Source: Candidatus Cloacimonadales bacterium
Lineage (GTDB): Bacteria > Cloacimonadota > Cloacimonadia > Cloacimonadales > JAIOQZ01
DNA: 64,000 nucleotides
NCBI GenBank assembly: GCA_963674825.1
Contig: OY771587.1
Coordinates: 3,584,001-3,648,000 of the forward strand
Reading direction: 5' to 3'
The notes below the pieces were generated by a model. The model saw only the letters and a list, made by a program, of their open reading frames with translations, did not search any database and was not told the DNA's origin. Position numbers and translations under genes: made by a program. Of the stretch, positions 1 through 11,168 are shown one piece after another (within the stretch, counting starts at the first letter, position 1; each line of letters begins with the position of its first letter).

Positions 1-1
1 A

Positions 2-673
2 CAAGTTGGCGCGAAGCTCGCTAAAGAAACACTCGAGAAGGTCGATGCCGGCACAAACGCAATGAATCGAATGAACGAAGCGATATCGGCAATTGCGGCA
101 TCATCTGAGGAGACAGGTAAGATTCTCAAGACCATCGATGAAATAGCATTCCAGACCAATATACTGGCATTGAACGCTGCGGTGGAAGCTGCACGGGCCG
201 GGGCGGCAGGAAAAGGCTTTGCCGTTGTTGCGGAAGAAGTGAAAAACCTCGCGCAGCGAAGTGCATCCGCTGCACACGACACCGGAATTCTGATCGAAGA
301 AGCCAAGCGAAACGCGACAAGCGGTGTATCGATTGTCAGCGACGCTACGACGCGCTTTGAGGAGATTCAGGAGAGCATCGAGAAGGTTAACGGAATCATA
401 CAACAAGTCAGCGAGATATCTCAGGCGCAGACCTCCGAGATCCGCAATATCAATTCAGCTCTCGGTGAGCTGAACCACGTGACGCAGGCGAATGCTTCCA
501 ACGCCGAAGAATCCTCGAGCGCTTCCGAAGAATTACGCAGTCAGGCTCATGAGCTCAAGGCGATGGTGGCGCAATTCGATATTGAGGTTGATCCTGATCT
601 CGAGCCAGACAGGCATCTCCCCCAACCCGAGCGTCGAATCAAAGAAATCGAGTTTATGGAGGACGAAGCCTGA
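2..673 (+). CDS. Methyl-accepting chemotaxis protein, C-terminal signalling domain (5'-partial)
   Basis: [43 protein letters not shown] is the MCP hairpin-tip signature; the frame is open from the window start. Confidence 0.95.
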   Translation, partial: QVGAKLAKETLEKVDAGTNAMNRMNEAISAIAASSEETGKILKTIDEIAFQTNILALNAAVEAARAGAAGKGFAVVAEEVKNLAQRSASAAHDTGILIEEAKRNATSGVSIVSDATTRFEEIQESIEKVNGIIQQVSEISQAQTSEIRNINSALGELNHVTQANASNAEESSSASEELRSQAHELKAMVAQFDIEVDPDLEPDRHLPQPERRIKEIEFMEDEA

Positions 674-760
674 TATCGACCAATCGACAATAAGCAGATA
701 TTGTTTAGAATCCCTTCGAACGTAATTTGATTAGGAAGAAAGCTCAGAGATAGTATAAAC

Positions 761-2428
761 CTACTGATACGATCTCAGCGCTTCAGCGATATTGAGCGAG
801 TGGTCGCCGATATGCTCCAGATGTCGCAGAAGGTCGATGTAGAGCAATTCAGCACGGACATCCGCACCTTCCTGGATTCGTTTCTGTGCGCCTTTTTTCA
901 GCTTATGGCGAGATTGATCGACCTTTTTCTCCAGCTCGAGCGCCAAGTATAGTTCATCTTCGCTCAAGTGTCGAATCATACGTTCCTGCACGAAAATGAT
1001 AAACTTCATGACGATGCTGGAAAACGCTGTGATCTCTTCATCGGCAGCAGGATGAAGCTCAATCTTTTTGTGGCGTTTCTTTTCGATTAGCAAAATCAGC
1101 CGGAAAGCGCTGTCAGCGATGTTCTCGAGCTCGTGCGTGATGCGCAGCATAGCGTTGATGTTATTGGTGGTTTTCTCCCCCACACCTTCTTCCAAACAAT
1201 GTACCAGGAACATTGATATCTGTTCCTGCATTTGGTCCGTGTAATCTTCGCGCTGCTTGATCTCATCGACAGTCTCGCCCATGTGCTTATCGGGATTGTG
1301 AAACACCTCGATCGCGCTGGCAACCATATCAGCACCGATACGAGCCATCTTCTTGATCTCGGATTGCACCTTGAAAAGGTTCATCTGTACGGTGTCCTGA
1401 ATACCTGATGATATATACGCAAGCTTGTATACGCGTGATATCTCGTCTTTGCGTTCCTTCACAAGCTTATTCACAAGCTGTGCAAAAGGCGTTATAAAGG
1501 GTAGAAACACGAGTGTGTTACTGATATTGAATATTGTGTGGAAAAGTGAGAGATTGAGCGGAAGATTCTCCTGGAGAGTCGCGTCCCACGGCGCAAGCCA
1601 GAGGATGAATCGAAGGAAGGCATTGAAGATAAACGTCAGCCAGATCACTCCGAAGACGTTGAACAGGAAGTGCGCTCTCGCAGCCCGTCGCGCGTGAACA
1701 TTCGTCCCAATCGAGGCCAGGTAGGCCGTGATTGTCGTGCCAATATTCTCACCCAGTACGATCGCGGCTGCGGTCGGGAAATCGATCCAGCCTTTGAAAG
1801 CCATGGTTACGGTTACCGCCATCGCCGCGCTGGAAGACTGCACGATAATCGTGAGTACCGTTCCCACCGCAACGAAAATCAGGTACGACCAGAAACCCAT
1901 GCTGGAGTAGTTTTTGAGAAATTCGAGGATTTCGGGATGGTTCTTGATATCGGGGACTGAATCTTTAAGGAATGTCAGGCCGAGGAAGAGAAGGCCGAAT
2001 CCGACCAGCACCATACCGAAGTTTTTATAGCTGTGTTTACGAGAAAGGACAAACGGGAAACCGACACCGATAATCGGGATCGCAATTGCGCTGATCTTGA
2101 ACTTGAAGCCAAAGTAGGATACGATCCAGGTCGTGACCGTGGTACCGATATTCGCGCCCATGATCACGCCGATCGCCTGTTGCAGATTCAACAGCATGGC
2201 GTTGACGAAGCTGACGACCATCACGGTCGTCGCGGAGGACGATTGAACCAGGGCAGTAATCATGAAACCGGTGAGAACAGCGACGACCCTGTTGCGCGTC
2301 ATGAAATTCATGATCGCCTGCATGCGGTCGCCAGCAAGTTTCTGTATGCCGTCGCTCATCACGCGCATACCGTACAAAAAGACTCCAAGCGCTCCAACGA
2401 GGTGTAAAATCGTAACGATTACATCCAT
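761..2428 (-). CDS. Na/Pi cotransporter family protein with C-terminal PhoU-like domains
   Basis: Two QSSS repeats (LVQSSSATT, IVQSSSAAM), GANIGTT/GENIGTT motifs, C-terminal LEHIGDH; start taken at MDVIV. Confidence 0.92.
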   Translation of the reverse strand: MDVIVTILHLVGALGVFLYGMRVMSDGIQKLAGDRMQAIMNFMTRNRVVAVLTGFMITALVQSSSATTVMVVSFVNAMLLNLQQAIGVIMGANIGTTVTTWIVSYFGFKFKISAIAIPIIGVGFPFVLSRKHSYKNFGMVLVGFGLLFLGLTFLKDSVPDIKNHPEILEFLKNYSSMGFWSYLIFVAVGTVLTIIVQSSSAAMAVTVTMAFKGWIDFPTAAAIVLGENIGTTITAYLASIGTNVHARRAARAHFLFNVFGVIWLTFIFNAFLRFILWLAPWDATLQENLPLNLSLFHTIFNISNTLVFLPFITPFAQLVNKLVKERKDEISRVYKLAYISSGIQDTVQMNLFKVQSEIKKMARIGADMVASAIEVFHNPDKHMGETVDEIKQREDYTDQMQEQISMFLVHCLEEGVGEKTTNNINAMLRITHELENIADSAFRLILLIEKKRHKKIELHPAADEEITAFSSIVMKFIIFVQERMIRHLSEDELYLALELEKKVDQSRHKLKKGAQKRIQEGADVRAELLYIDLLRHLEHIGDHSLNIAEALRSYQ

Positions 2429-2614
2429 CCACTCTACTCCGAAAGGATTGTTTGTGTGCTTTTTGCGAAGATCCTTACATACCGTCAACAAATAAATCGG
2501 GAACGGTTGTCCGACCCCGACACGAAACCGTTGTAAAAACAGTAATAGGTTCCAATTGGTGACGTTGCTTTTTTTCTCTTATAATCTGTGGTACAACATT
2601 ATCATGGAATAAGG

Positions 2615-3289
2615 TCAGGAAAACAGTTTTCCCGTGGCAATTATCAGCTCGTCAAGCTGATTCGCGACCAGATGCGCATCCTGCTCGATGGCTTCCCACT
2701 CGTGTTTTGCATGTATATCGCGCACCGCAAAGACACGCATACCTGCATTGAGTGCGGCCTTGACGCCAGCATGAACATCCTCGAATACCAGGCATCGTTC
2801 TGGCTCTACGCCGATAAGCTCCGCGGCTTTCAGGAAAATGTCTGGATAGGGCTTGCCGCGCAGCTCGCCTTCACCGGCCACGATCGCGTTGAAATATCGA
2901 AGGACGTGGTTTGCCTTCAACACTTTTTCCGCCAGAAACTTTGAGTTGCTGGTTCCAACGGCAATGCGAATGTCGTTATCCTCGAGCAGTGCCAGGAGTT
3001 CCAGTGTACCTTGCTTCAATCCGATATCGCAGCAGTAGTGATGAGCGACCATATCGGTCCATTCCTGGATGATCTCCTCTGGGGATTCGGGAAGCCCGAA
3101 TTTCTGCTTGAAATACAAAGCTACTTCGAAGAAGCTGTTTCCTTCTTTGAGGTCTTGAAAAAGATCGTCAGGGACCGCGATCCCACGCTTTTCGAGGAAT
3201 TCCACATCAACCTGCGTCCACACGCCCATCGAGTCGATCAGCGTTCCGTCCAGGTCAAAGATTACTGCGTCTATCTGTCGTTTCATCAT
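2615..3289 (-). CDS. HAD-superfamily phosphatase (beta-PGM/CbbY-like)
   Basis: Motif I FDLDGTLIDS, KPYPDIF, VFED; start overlaps the phnE stop codon. Confidence 0.9.
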   Translation of the reverse strand: MMKRQIDAVIFDLDGTLIDSMGVWTQVDVEFLEKRGIAVPDDLFQDLKEGNSFFEVALYFKQKFGLPESPEEIIQEWTDMVAHHYCCDIGLKQGTLELLALLEDNDIRIAVGTSNSKFLAEKVLKANHVLRYFNAIVAGEGELRGKPYPDIFLKAAELIGVEPERCLVFEDVHAGVKAALNAGMRVFAVRDIHAKHEWEAIEQDAHLVANQLDELIIATGKLFS

Positions 3290-4278
3290 ATATCCAATAG
3301 TTTTGCCCTGACTTTTCCACTCACAAGATCCATCAGCCACACAGTCAGCGCGATAAGCCAGATGATCACACCGACATTTTGCCATGCAAGCATCTGCTGT
3401 TGCTGCTGGAGGGCCAGCCCGATACCGCCGCCGCCTACGAAACCGACGATGGTCGCCATACGGACGTTGATATCCCAACGATAGATGGTGAAAGCCAGGA
3501 AGGGTGAAAGAATTTGCGGGATTACCGCATACCACCAGACCCAGAAACCGCCTGCGCCCGTGGCTTTGATGGCCTCGACCGGGCCCGAATCGATGTTCTC
3601 GATCTGCTCGGAATATAGCTTGGTCAACGCTGCGATAGAATGGATCATCAGCGCCAGCATACCGGCAAATGGCCCAATGCCGACCCATACCGAAAAGATG
3701 ATAGCCCAAACGATCGCCTCCACGCTACGAAAGATTGTTGCAATGGTGCGTATCAGTAAATAGATACTGTTGCCAAGAAAGGTGCGCGGCATAAGGTTCC
3801 TTGATGCCAGGAAACTGAATCCGAACGCGAAGGGAATCGCGAGAACCGTTGCCAGCAACGCCAGGAAGATGGTCTCCATAAGCGCTTTGAGCAGCGGCAT
3901 CATGAGCTTGAAATTGGGCTGAAAGAGTCCCGAGACGATATGCTTTGCGTTACCCGCCCGGGTGAAAAGCTTATAGGGGTTGATCTCCACGACGACCCAT
4001 CCCACCACGAACGTAATCACGATCGTGAGAATAACCGTCCAGGTTCCGACGCTCTTGAACCAAGGAGTATCGTTCTTCCCCATGATATAGCGGCATCCGG
4101 GACTGTGTCCGGTCAGATTCAGGATCACGGCCGGAAGCCAGCCGAAGAGGCCGTAATGCCAGATGGTGGCATCGGGAAGAAACCAGTGGTTGATAAGATA
4201 GGTGATGCATCCGCCGAGGTACATCCAGATGAGGATATCCATCCCCATCGCCTGTGTGCGCTTCTTCTGGCCTTTCAT
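3286..4278 (-). CDS. phnE: Phosphonate/phosphate-ester ABC transporter permease with N-terminal extension
   Basis: KLYSEQIENIDSGPVEAIKATGA, YRWDINVRMATIVGFVGGGGIG. Confidence 0.9.
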   Translation of the reverse strand: MKGQKKRTQAMGMDILIWMYLGGCITYLINHWFLPDATIWHYGLFGWLPAVILNLTGHSPGCRYIMGKNDTPWFKSVGTWTVILTIVITFVVGWVVVEINPYKLFTRAGNAKHIVSGLFQPNFKLMMPLLKALMETIFLALLATVLAIPFAFGFSFLASRNLMPRTFLGNSIYLLIRTIATIFRSVEAIVWAIIFSVWVGIGPFAGMLALMIHSIAALTKLYSEQIENIDSGPVEAIKATGAGGFWVWWYAVIPQILSPFLAFTIYRWDINVRMATIVGFVGGGGIGLALQQQQQMLAWQNVGVIIWLIALTVWLMDLVSGKVRAKLLDI

Positions 4279-5033
4279 CGGATCTCAACCTCCTCCGCGT
4301 CCTCACCGTAGATTTCGCGGAATCGCTCATTATCGACAGTCGACGGTGCGCCGTCATACACGACCTTCCCATCTTTCAGCGCCACGACGCGCGATCCGTA
4401 TTTTCTTGCCAAACTCAAAAAGTGTAGCGAGCAGACCACCGTGATGCTGTCTTTGCGGTTGAGTTCGCCCAGATAGCGCATGACCGTATCCGCCGTGGCG
4501 GGATCGAGGCTTGCTACCGGCTCATCGGCGAGGATAAGCTGCGGCTCCTGCATCAGCGCTCTGGCGATGGCCACACGCTGCTGCTGTCCACCGCTGAGGT
4601 TGCGCACCTGGCGCGACGCGAAATCGGTCAGACCGACACGCTCCAGCGCGACTCTGGCACGGGCAATCTCATCCCGTTTCCAGGGCAGTGTCAGCGAGCC
4701 GAAACCGTTCATCGACCCCAAGCGTCCGGTCAGGACATTAGTCATTACACTGAGATTGCGCACAAGGTTGAATTGCTGGAATATCATGCCGATACGATGC
4801 CTGATTTCACGCAGTTCTTTAGATGAAGCCTTCTCGACATGTTTATCGTCGAATACGATCTCGCCGCTGGATGGTTCGATCAGCCTGTTGATGCACCGGA
4901 GCAGCGTCGATTTACCCGAGCCGGAAAGCCCGAGCAGAATAACGAATTCACCTTTCTCTACCTTTAGGTCGATACCCTTAAGCGCATGTGTGCCATCAGC
5001 GTAGTATTTATGTAATGACGAGATATACAGCAT
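4275..5033 (-). CDS. phnC: Phosphonate ABC transporter ATP-binding protein
   Basis: Walker [35 protein letters not shown]. Confidence 0.93.
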   Translation of the reverse strand: MLYISSLHKYYADGTHALKGIDLKVEKGEFVILLGLSGSGKSTLLRCINRLIEPSSGEIVFDDKHVEKASSKELREIRHRIGMIFQQFNLVRNLSVMTNVLTGRLGSMNGFGSLTLPWKRDEIARARVALERVGLTDFASRQVRNLSGGQQQRVAIARALMQEPQLILADEPVASLDPATADTVMRYLGELNRKDSITVVCSLHFLSLARKYGSRVVALKDGKVVYDGAPSTVDNERFREIYGEDAEEVEIR

Positions 5034-5035
5034 AG

Positions 5036-5938
5036 TTATTTTACGAACGAATCAGCCGTTATATTGAGCGTTTCGAGCGTCTTGCGCACAACGTCGTAAT
5101 CCGAATCTTGCGCCCTTACGAAACCGTCGATCTCATATAGATTGTACATGATATCATGGCCTTTTTCGGTCTCCACGATCTCGAGCAGCGCATTAACAAT
5201 CTGCTCTTTCAGGTCTTCCGGGAATTCCGCGCGGAAGGTGACGGTGTCGTTCGGAATCCATTCAGTGTAGGCGAACGGAACCACTTTCTCCATAACATCG
5301 GGGTAGGTCTGCAAGACGTGTGTACGCGCATCCTGGGGCTTGCCGTCTTTGTCCGGCGACCAATAGGTGCAACCGACATCGGCATTACCTTCGTAAACCG
5401 CAAGTATGGATTGAGGATGGCCACCCGAGAAGTAGTAGTTCTCCGGCTCCACGCCGAGTCCCTTCAGCATTGCCGAGGGATAGATATGGCCGGAAGTGGA
5501 TGCCGCGTCGGTGTAGGCAACGATCTTGCCCTGAACATCCTCGAGCGTCTCGATTCCGCTGCCTGCGCGGGACACGAACTGTCCGCGATATTCTTTAAGA
5601 CCGTTGCGCACGACGGTAAGCCCGACGTGAGCGTTGTATTTCTGATTCGCCAGCACATACGCAAAAGTCGCGAGCCAGCCGATATCGGCTTCTTTTGTGT
5701 TCATGGTTTCGATCACAGCCGCGTAGCTGGTCGGAACGCCCACTTTGAAGAAAAGCCCCGTCTTCTCGTGAAGAAGCTCGGAGATGGCCTCAGCGCCGGT
5801 GATTACACGTCCCGCCTCCATTGACGGCACGAAGTACATTTTGATCGGGTTGTCCTTGGATCCCAACGGACCCTTTTCCGCGCTGCATCCCGCAAGCAGG
5901 AACGCTACAACGACCAGTAAATACAATATGTTTCTCAT
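5036..5938 (-). CDS. phnD: Phosphate/phosphite/phosphonate ABC substrate-binding lipoprotein
   Basis: Lipobox LAGC, SYAAVIE, ASTSGH motif, GGHPQS; operon position. Confidence 0.9.
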   Translation of the reverse strand: MRNILYLLVVVAFLLAGCSAEKGPLGSKDNPIKMYFVPSMEAGRVITGAEAISELLHEKTGLFFKVGVPTSYAAVIETMNTKEADIGWLATFAYVLANQKYNAHVGLTVVRNGLKEYRGQFVSRAGSGIETLEDVQGKIVAYTDAASTSGHIYPSAMLKGLGVEPENYYFSGGHPQSILAVYEGNADVGCTYWSPDKDGKPQDARTHVLQTYPDVMEKVVPFAYTEWIPNDTVTFRAEFPEDLKEQIVNALLEIVETEKGHDIMYNLYEIDGFVRAQDSDYDVVRKTLETLNITADSFVK

Positions 5939-6099
5939 GTTGTCTCCATCGATGATTTTTCATGCCAAGAATGGTAGAGTGCACTGCCGGAAGCAAGTTA
6001 TTTTCTTTTCGCTAGGGTACGCGGACACCTCGCTTGCATTTCTCCTTTCTAACCCTCGCCATTTTCTCAGGGAGAGGGTCGGTTCGACGAAGGAGAACG

Positions 6100-7707
6100 C
6101 TATTTCAACAGCGTCACCTTCCTTGTGCTTAGCTGCTTGCCCTCTGCGGTTAGCTTGCAAGTATAGATCCCACTCGCTTTGTCTTCTGGCTTCCAGACTG
6201 CGGTTTCACCGGCATGATCGACCGCAATCGTTTCCACCTTTTGCCCTCGTATGTTATAGATTTCTATCGTCAGATCATGATATTCAGCATCCGTCTTGAT
6301 CTCGAATGAAATCTCCGGGTTGAACGGGTTGGGGTAGGCGTTGAAGGTGATATCAGCCAGCGGAACCGTCTCGTCATCTATCGGATCAAGGTCTTGTTCA
6401 ACAAGATCCTCATGGCCGCCGTAAACGTACACATAACCAAAGTTATTAGGTGAAGCGCTACCCGCATCGCCATAGGCTCCCACCGCAATATCGTCATAGC
6501 CGTCGTTATCGAAATCGCCAACGGCATGACCACTACTTGTACCATACCCGGGTTCGAATGTGTAGCCATAATAGTCCCAGGTACCGTTCTGATCGCCTAT
6601 ATAAAAAAACAAGTATCCCGCATCGCCCGTTGAGATAATATGAGTATCTACCAGATCTCCCTTGCCATCCCCATTGATATCGCCGAATGAAGGATTGAAA
6701 TAGGAGTAGAATTCAATATGGCCATACCAGTCCCAGTGAATGGTTTCGCCTCCACGCCACAGGCGACAACCAGGGGAAACACTGCCATCATCGGTAGCGT
6801 CGTAATAAGATAGGACAAAGTCATCGTACCCATCTCCGTTCCAATCTCCGGCAGGATTAAGTTCATACCATAAATTGAGTGTCGAATGATAATCTAGACT
6901 ATAATCAGGAGTGGTATCTTGGGTTGTGCCACCGTAGAAAAAACGATTAAAAAAACACCACAATAACGAACCGTCAGGTTGTTCGATATAATCTGGTTGA
7001 AAGTAATAGCTAAAATCATCATAACCGTCACCATTCACATCGCCAAGACCGCGAAAACCCTTGCCATTTCGTGTGTAGATTCCTTCCACAAACCCCACCT
7101 TCTCGAAGCTGCCGCCATACACGATGGAGTAGGTAAGGTAGTGATTGCCTTCGGTTATTCCCGCATCATCGTATCCGTCGCCGTTGATATCGCCAAGCGG
7201 GTGGATTTCGGCGTATGTATCACTGATTTCATATTCGTAGTCAGGGATCGTATCGTTGACGGTGTTGCCGAGAAGGATACGCATCTGTCGATATGTGTGA
7301 TAAAGACCGTCAAAGGTAACTTCGATATAATTGTAACCAATATCGTCACACCCATCATTGTTCATGTCGCCAAGATTACTGATATACTCAGATGCAATGA
7401 TGTGATGAAATGCGGTGTCCGCCGGTGCTGATATTGACAAATCAGGTGTCTCTGGCAAACCCGTATCTGATCCGAAATAAATATAGAGTTTTCCCCTATG
7501 TAGAACATGATCAGGATCATTATAATATTTCCTTGCATTTACAGCCAAATCATCAATGCCATCACCATTGAAGTCAAGGGCAATTACCATTTTCCCAAAC
7601 TCATCACTAGGTAATTCGCCTTGCATCTGCCAGACAACATCGAGCTGGTTTTCGGCGTATATCAGTACGCTCATGGCTAGTAAAATCAATATATGTAGGT
7701 AACGCAT
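6100..7707 (-). CDS. Secreted FG-GAP repeat protein with FlgD-Ig/T9SS-type C-terminal domain, copy 1 (535 aa)
   Basis: Signal peptide MRYLHILILL, repeated GD(F/I/V)NGDGxDD motifs, AYPNPFNP...TRKVTLLK tail. Confidence 0.9.
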   Translation of the reverse strand: MRYLHILILLAMSVLIYAENQLDVVWQMQGELPSDEFGKMVIALDFNGDGIDDLAVNARKYYNDPDHVLHRGKLYIYFGSDTGLPETPDLSISAPADTAFHHIIASEYISNLGDMNNDGCDDIGYNYIEVTFDGLYHTYRQMRILLGNTVNDTIPDYEYEISDTYAEIHPLGDINGDGYDDAGITEGNHYLTYSIVYGGSFEKVGFVEGIYTRNGKGFRGLGDVNGDGYDDFSYYFQPDYIEQPDGSLLWCFFNRFFYGGTTQDTTPDYSLDYHSTLNLWYELNPAGDWNGDGYDDFVLSYYDATDDGSVSPGCRLWRGGETIHWDWYGHIEFYSYFNPSFGDINGDGKGDLVDTHIISTGDAGYLFFYIGDQNGTWDYYGYTFEPGYGTSSGHAVGDFDNDGYDDIAVGAYGDAGSASPNNFGYVYVYGGHEDLVEQDLDPIDDETVPLADITFNAYPNPFNPEISFEIKTDAEYHDLTIEIYNIRGQKVETIAVDHAGETAVWKPEDKASGIYTCKLTAEGKQLSTRKVTLLK

Positions 7708-7789
7708 GGTTGCCCTCCATTCTGTGCTGCTGTTGTGTCTTCTCAACCCTACGCAACTTAAAAACACAATTTATTCCAATTTTCAAGCG

Positions 7790-9397
7790 CTATTTCAGTA
7801 GCGTCACCTTCCTTGTGCTTAGCCGCTTGCCCTCCGCAGTAAGCTTGCATGTATAGATCCCACTCGCTTTGTCTTTCGGTTTCCAGGTTACGGTTTCACC
7901 GGCATGATCGACCGCAATCGTTTCCACCTTTTGCCCTCGTATATTATAGATTTCTATTGTTAAATCATGGTATTCGGCGTCCGTCTTGATCTCAAACGAC
8001 ACCTCGGGGTTGAACGGGTTGGGGTAGGCGTTGAAGGTGATATCAGCCAGCGGAACCGTCTCGTCATCTATCGGATCAAGGTCTTGTTCAACAAGATCCT
8101 CATGGCCGCCGTAAACGTACACATAACCAAAGTTATTAGGTGAAGCGCTACCCGCATCGCCATAGGCTCCTACAGCGATATCATCGTAGCCATCGTTATC
8201 GAAATCGCCAACGGCGTGTCCATTACTTGTACCATACCCGGGTTCGAATGTGTAGCCATTATAGTCCCAGGTACCGTTCTGATCGCCTATATAAAAAAAC
8301 AAGTATCCCGCATCGCCCGTTGAGATTATATAAGGATTAACCAGATCTCCCTTACCATCCCCATTGATATCGCCGAAAGAAGGATTCAGATTGGAATAGA
8401 ATTCAATATGGCCATACCAGTCCCAGTGAATGGTTTCGCCTCCGCGCCACAGGCGACAACCAGGGGAAACACTGCCATCATCGGTAGCGTCGTAATAAGA
8501 TAGGACAAAGTCATCGTACCCATCTCCGTTCCAATCTCCGGCAGGATACAACTCATAAAGAAAATTAATGATCGTGATATAATCCATACAATAGTCTGGC
8601 TCTGTGCTTAAGGTTGGGCTGCCGAAAAAAAAGTCATTTCGATAATGGTAAAGAAAAGAGCCGTCCGGTTGTTCTACCGGATCAGGTTGATGATTGTAGT
8701 AAAAATCATCAAAGCCATCACCATTCACATCACCAAGACCACGAAATCCTTTATCTTGCCATGTATATAGATTCTCCACAAACGTCACCTTCTCGAAGCT
8801 TCCGCCATACACGATGGAGTAGGTAAGGTAGTGATTGCCTTCGGTTATTCCCGCATCATCGTATCCGTCGCCGTTGATATCGCCAAGCGGGTGGATTTCG
8901 GCGTATGTATCACTGATTTCATATTCGTAGTCAGGGATCGTATCGTTGACGGTGTTGCCGAGAAGGATACGCATCTGTCGATATGTGTGATAAAGACCGT
9001 CAAAGGTTCGGTAGGTCGTTCTATATCCTATGTCATCGCAACTATCACCGTTCATGTCGCCCAGGTTCTGGATAAATCCCCATGAATCATGATACACAAA
9101 TGTTGTGTCAACCGGAGTAGATATCGTCATGTCGGGAGAATCCCCCAAACCATCATCAGAGCCAAAATATATATAAAGCTTGCCTCTTTGGTTTGTATAA
9201 TTTTCATTCAAGTAGTATTGATATGCTGTTACAGCCAAATCATCGATATTATCACCGTTGAAATCAAGCGATTCAACATAATAACCGAAGCAATCACTTG
9301 ATTGTTCACCTTGCATCTGCCAGACAACATCGAGCTGGTTTTCAGCGTATATCAGTACGCTCATGGCTAGTAAAATCAATATATGTAGGTAACGCAT
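7790..9397 (-). CDS. Secreted FG-GAP repeat protein, copy 2 (535 aa)
   Basis: Same architecture and same signal peptide as copy 1. Confidence 0.9.
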   Translation of the reverse strand: MRYLHILILLAMSVLIYAENQLDVVWQMQGEQSSDCFGYYVESLDFNGDNIDDLAVTAYQYYLNENYTNQRGKLYIYFGSDDGLGDSPDMTISTPVDTTFVYHDSWGFIQNLGDMNGDSCDDIGYRTTYRTFDGLYHTYRQMRILLGNTVNDTIPDYEYEISDTYAEIHPLGDINGDGYDDAGITEGNHYLTYSIVYGGSFEKVTFVENLYTWQDKGFRGLGDVNGDGFDDFYYNHQPDPVEQPDGSFLYHYRNDFFFGSPTLSTEPDYCMDYITIINFLYELYPAGDWNGDGYDDFVLSYYDATDDGSVSPGCRLWRGGETIHWDWYGHIEFYSNLNPSFGDINGDGKGDLVNPYIISTGDAGYLFFYIGDQNGTWDYNGYTFEPGYGTSNGHAVGDFDNDGYDDIAVGAYGDAGSASPNNFGYVYVYGGHEDLVEQDLDPIDDETVPLADITFNAYPNPFNPEVSFEIKTDAEYHDLTIEIYNIRGQKVETIAVDHAGETVTWKPKDKASGIYTCKLTAEGKRLSTRKVTLLK

Positions 9398-9479
9398 GGT
9401 TGCCCTCCATTCTGTGCTGCTGTTGTGTCTTCTCAACCCTACGCAACTTAAAAACACAATTTATTCCAATTTTCAAGCG

Positions 9480-11087
9480 CTATTTCAGTAGCGTCACCTT
9501 CCTTGTGCTTAGCTGCTTGCCCTCTGCGGTAAGCTTACAGGTATAGATTCCGCTCGCTTTGTCTTTGGGTTTCCAGGTCACGGCTTCACCGGCATGATCG
9601 ACCGCAATCGTTTCCACCTTTTGCCCTCGTATGTTATAGATTTCTATTGTTAAATCATGATATTCGGTATCCGTCTTGATCTCAAACGACACCTCCGGAT
9701 TGAACGGGTTGGGGTAGGCGTTGAAGGTGATATCCGCAGGCGAAACGGTCTCGTCGTCGGCATCATTCGTGTCTTGTTCAACAAGATCCTCATGGCCGCC
9801 GTAAACGTACACATAGCCCCAGTTCCAGTCTGATGTTCCGCCGTCACCGTAAGCTCCTACTGCGATGTCATTGAAACCGTCGTTGTTGAAGTCGCCTATG
9901 GCACGTCCCGCGCCATAGCCATCTTCGTATGTTGAACTACTGAAATCTTTGGTTCCATTCTGATCGCCAAGATATACATAAAGGTACCCCAAATTCCCAG
10001 ATGCAAAAGTAAAGGAATTCACCAAATCACCGTGACCATCGTTATTTAGATCGCCATATACCGGAACGAAGATTGAGTAATATTCCACATGACCGTACCA
10101 ATCCCAGTGAATGGTTTCGCTACCACGCCACAGGCGGCACCCGGGAGACGTACTTCCATCCTCTGGAACGTCGTAACCTGAAAGAACAAAATCGTCGTAG
10201 CCATCGCCATCCCAATCACCTGCCGGATACAGTTCATACCATAAATTGACAGGAGACAAAATATTCAACCTATAGTCGGGAATCGTATCCTGGACAGTGC
10301 TACCTAAAAAAAAACAATTATGAAAACTGGCACGCAATGTGTTATCAGGCATGACAACGTTGTCAGTCTGGTAATAATAGTTGAAGTCGTCATACCCATC
10401 CCCATTTACATCACCCAAGCCACGGAAGCCTTTGCCGTTAAGTGTATAAATCCCATCCACAAATGTCACCTTCTCGAAGCTGCCGCCATACACGATGGAA
10501 TAGGTAAGAATGTTGTTGCGAAACTCTGTTATTCCCGCGTCGTCGTAGCCGTCACCGTTGATGTCGCCGAGGGGATTGATCTCACTTTCTGAGTAATTCA
10601 CTTCGAATTCGTAATCGGGAATGGTGTCGTTAACTGTATTCCCGCAAAGAATACGACAACAATAATAAGAAACAGAAGGGCGTCCATCATAGAATATTTT
10701 CTCACGGAAGAAATATCCAATGTCATCACACCCATCATTATTCATATCGCCCAAGTTACGAATTTTCATCCATGAGTATTGCCAATCAAGCAAGGTATCT
10801 ACAACAGCGGAAACATGTAAGTTTGGTTCGTTAGGTAAGCCATTATCTGAACCATAATATATATAAAACTTGCCATGTTGGTTCGGGTAGCTAGTGTCGT
10901 TACGATACATCCAGGCACTTACTGCTAAATCGTCAATTCCATCACCGTTGAAATCAAGCGATTCAACATAATAACCGAAGCAATCACTTGGTTGCTCGCC
11001 TTGCATCTGCCAGACAACATCGAGCTGGTTTTCAGCGTATATCAGTACGCTCATGGCTAGTAAAATCAATATATGTAGGTAACGCAT
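9480..11087 (-). CDS. Secreted FG-GAP repeat protein, copy 3 (535 aa)
   Basis: Same architecture and same signal peptide as copy 1. Confidence 0.9.
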   Translation of the reverse strand: MRYLHILILLAMSVLIYAENQLDVVWQMQGEQPSDCFGYYVESLDFNGDGIDDLAVSAWMYRNDTSYPNQHGKFYIYYGSDNGLPNEPNLHVSAVVDTLLDWQYSWMKIRNLGDMNNDGCDDIGYFFREKIFYDGRPSVSYYCCRILCGNTVNDTIPDYEFEVNYSESEINPLGDINGDGYDDAGITEFRNNILTYSIVYGGSFEKVTFVDGIYTLNGKGFRGLGDVNGDGYDDFNYYYQTDNVVMPDNTLRASFHNCFFLGSTVQDTIPDYRLNILSPVNLWYELYPAGDWDGDGYDDFVLSGYDVPEDGSTSPGCRLWRGSETIHWDWYGHVEYYSIFVPVYGDLNNDGHGDLVNSFTFASGNLGYLYVYLGDQNGTKDFSSSTYEDGYGAGRAIGDFNNDGFNDIAVGAYGDGGTSDWNWGYVYVYGGHEDLVEQDTNDADDETVSPADITFNAYPNPFNPEVSFEIKTDTEYHDLTIEIYNIRGQKVETIAVDHAGEAVTWKPKDKASGIYTCKLTAEGKQLSTRKVTLLK

Positions 11088-11168
11088 GGTTGCCCTCCAT
11101 TCTGTGCTGCTGTTGTGTCTTCTCAACCCTACGCAATTTTATGCACATTTTATTCCAATTTTCAAGCG

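Noticed and set aside
3290..3709. N-terminal extension of the 364-aa HAD ORF
   Set aside because: It overlaps phnE in another frame; HAD motif I starts right after the ATG at 3289
6481..8410. Diversity-generating retroelement TR/VR pair suggested by N-to-Y/D/S differences between FG-GAP copies 1 and 2
   Set aside because: Nucleotide differences are not confined to adenines, many are synonymous, and no reverse transcriptase is in the window
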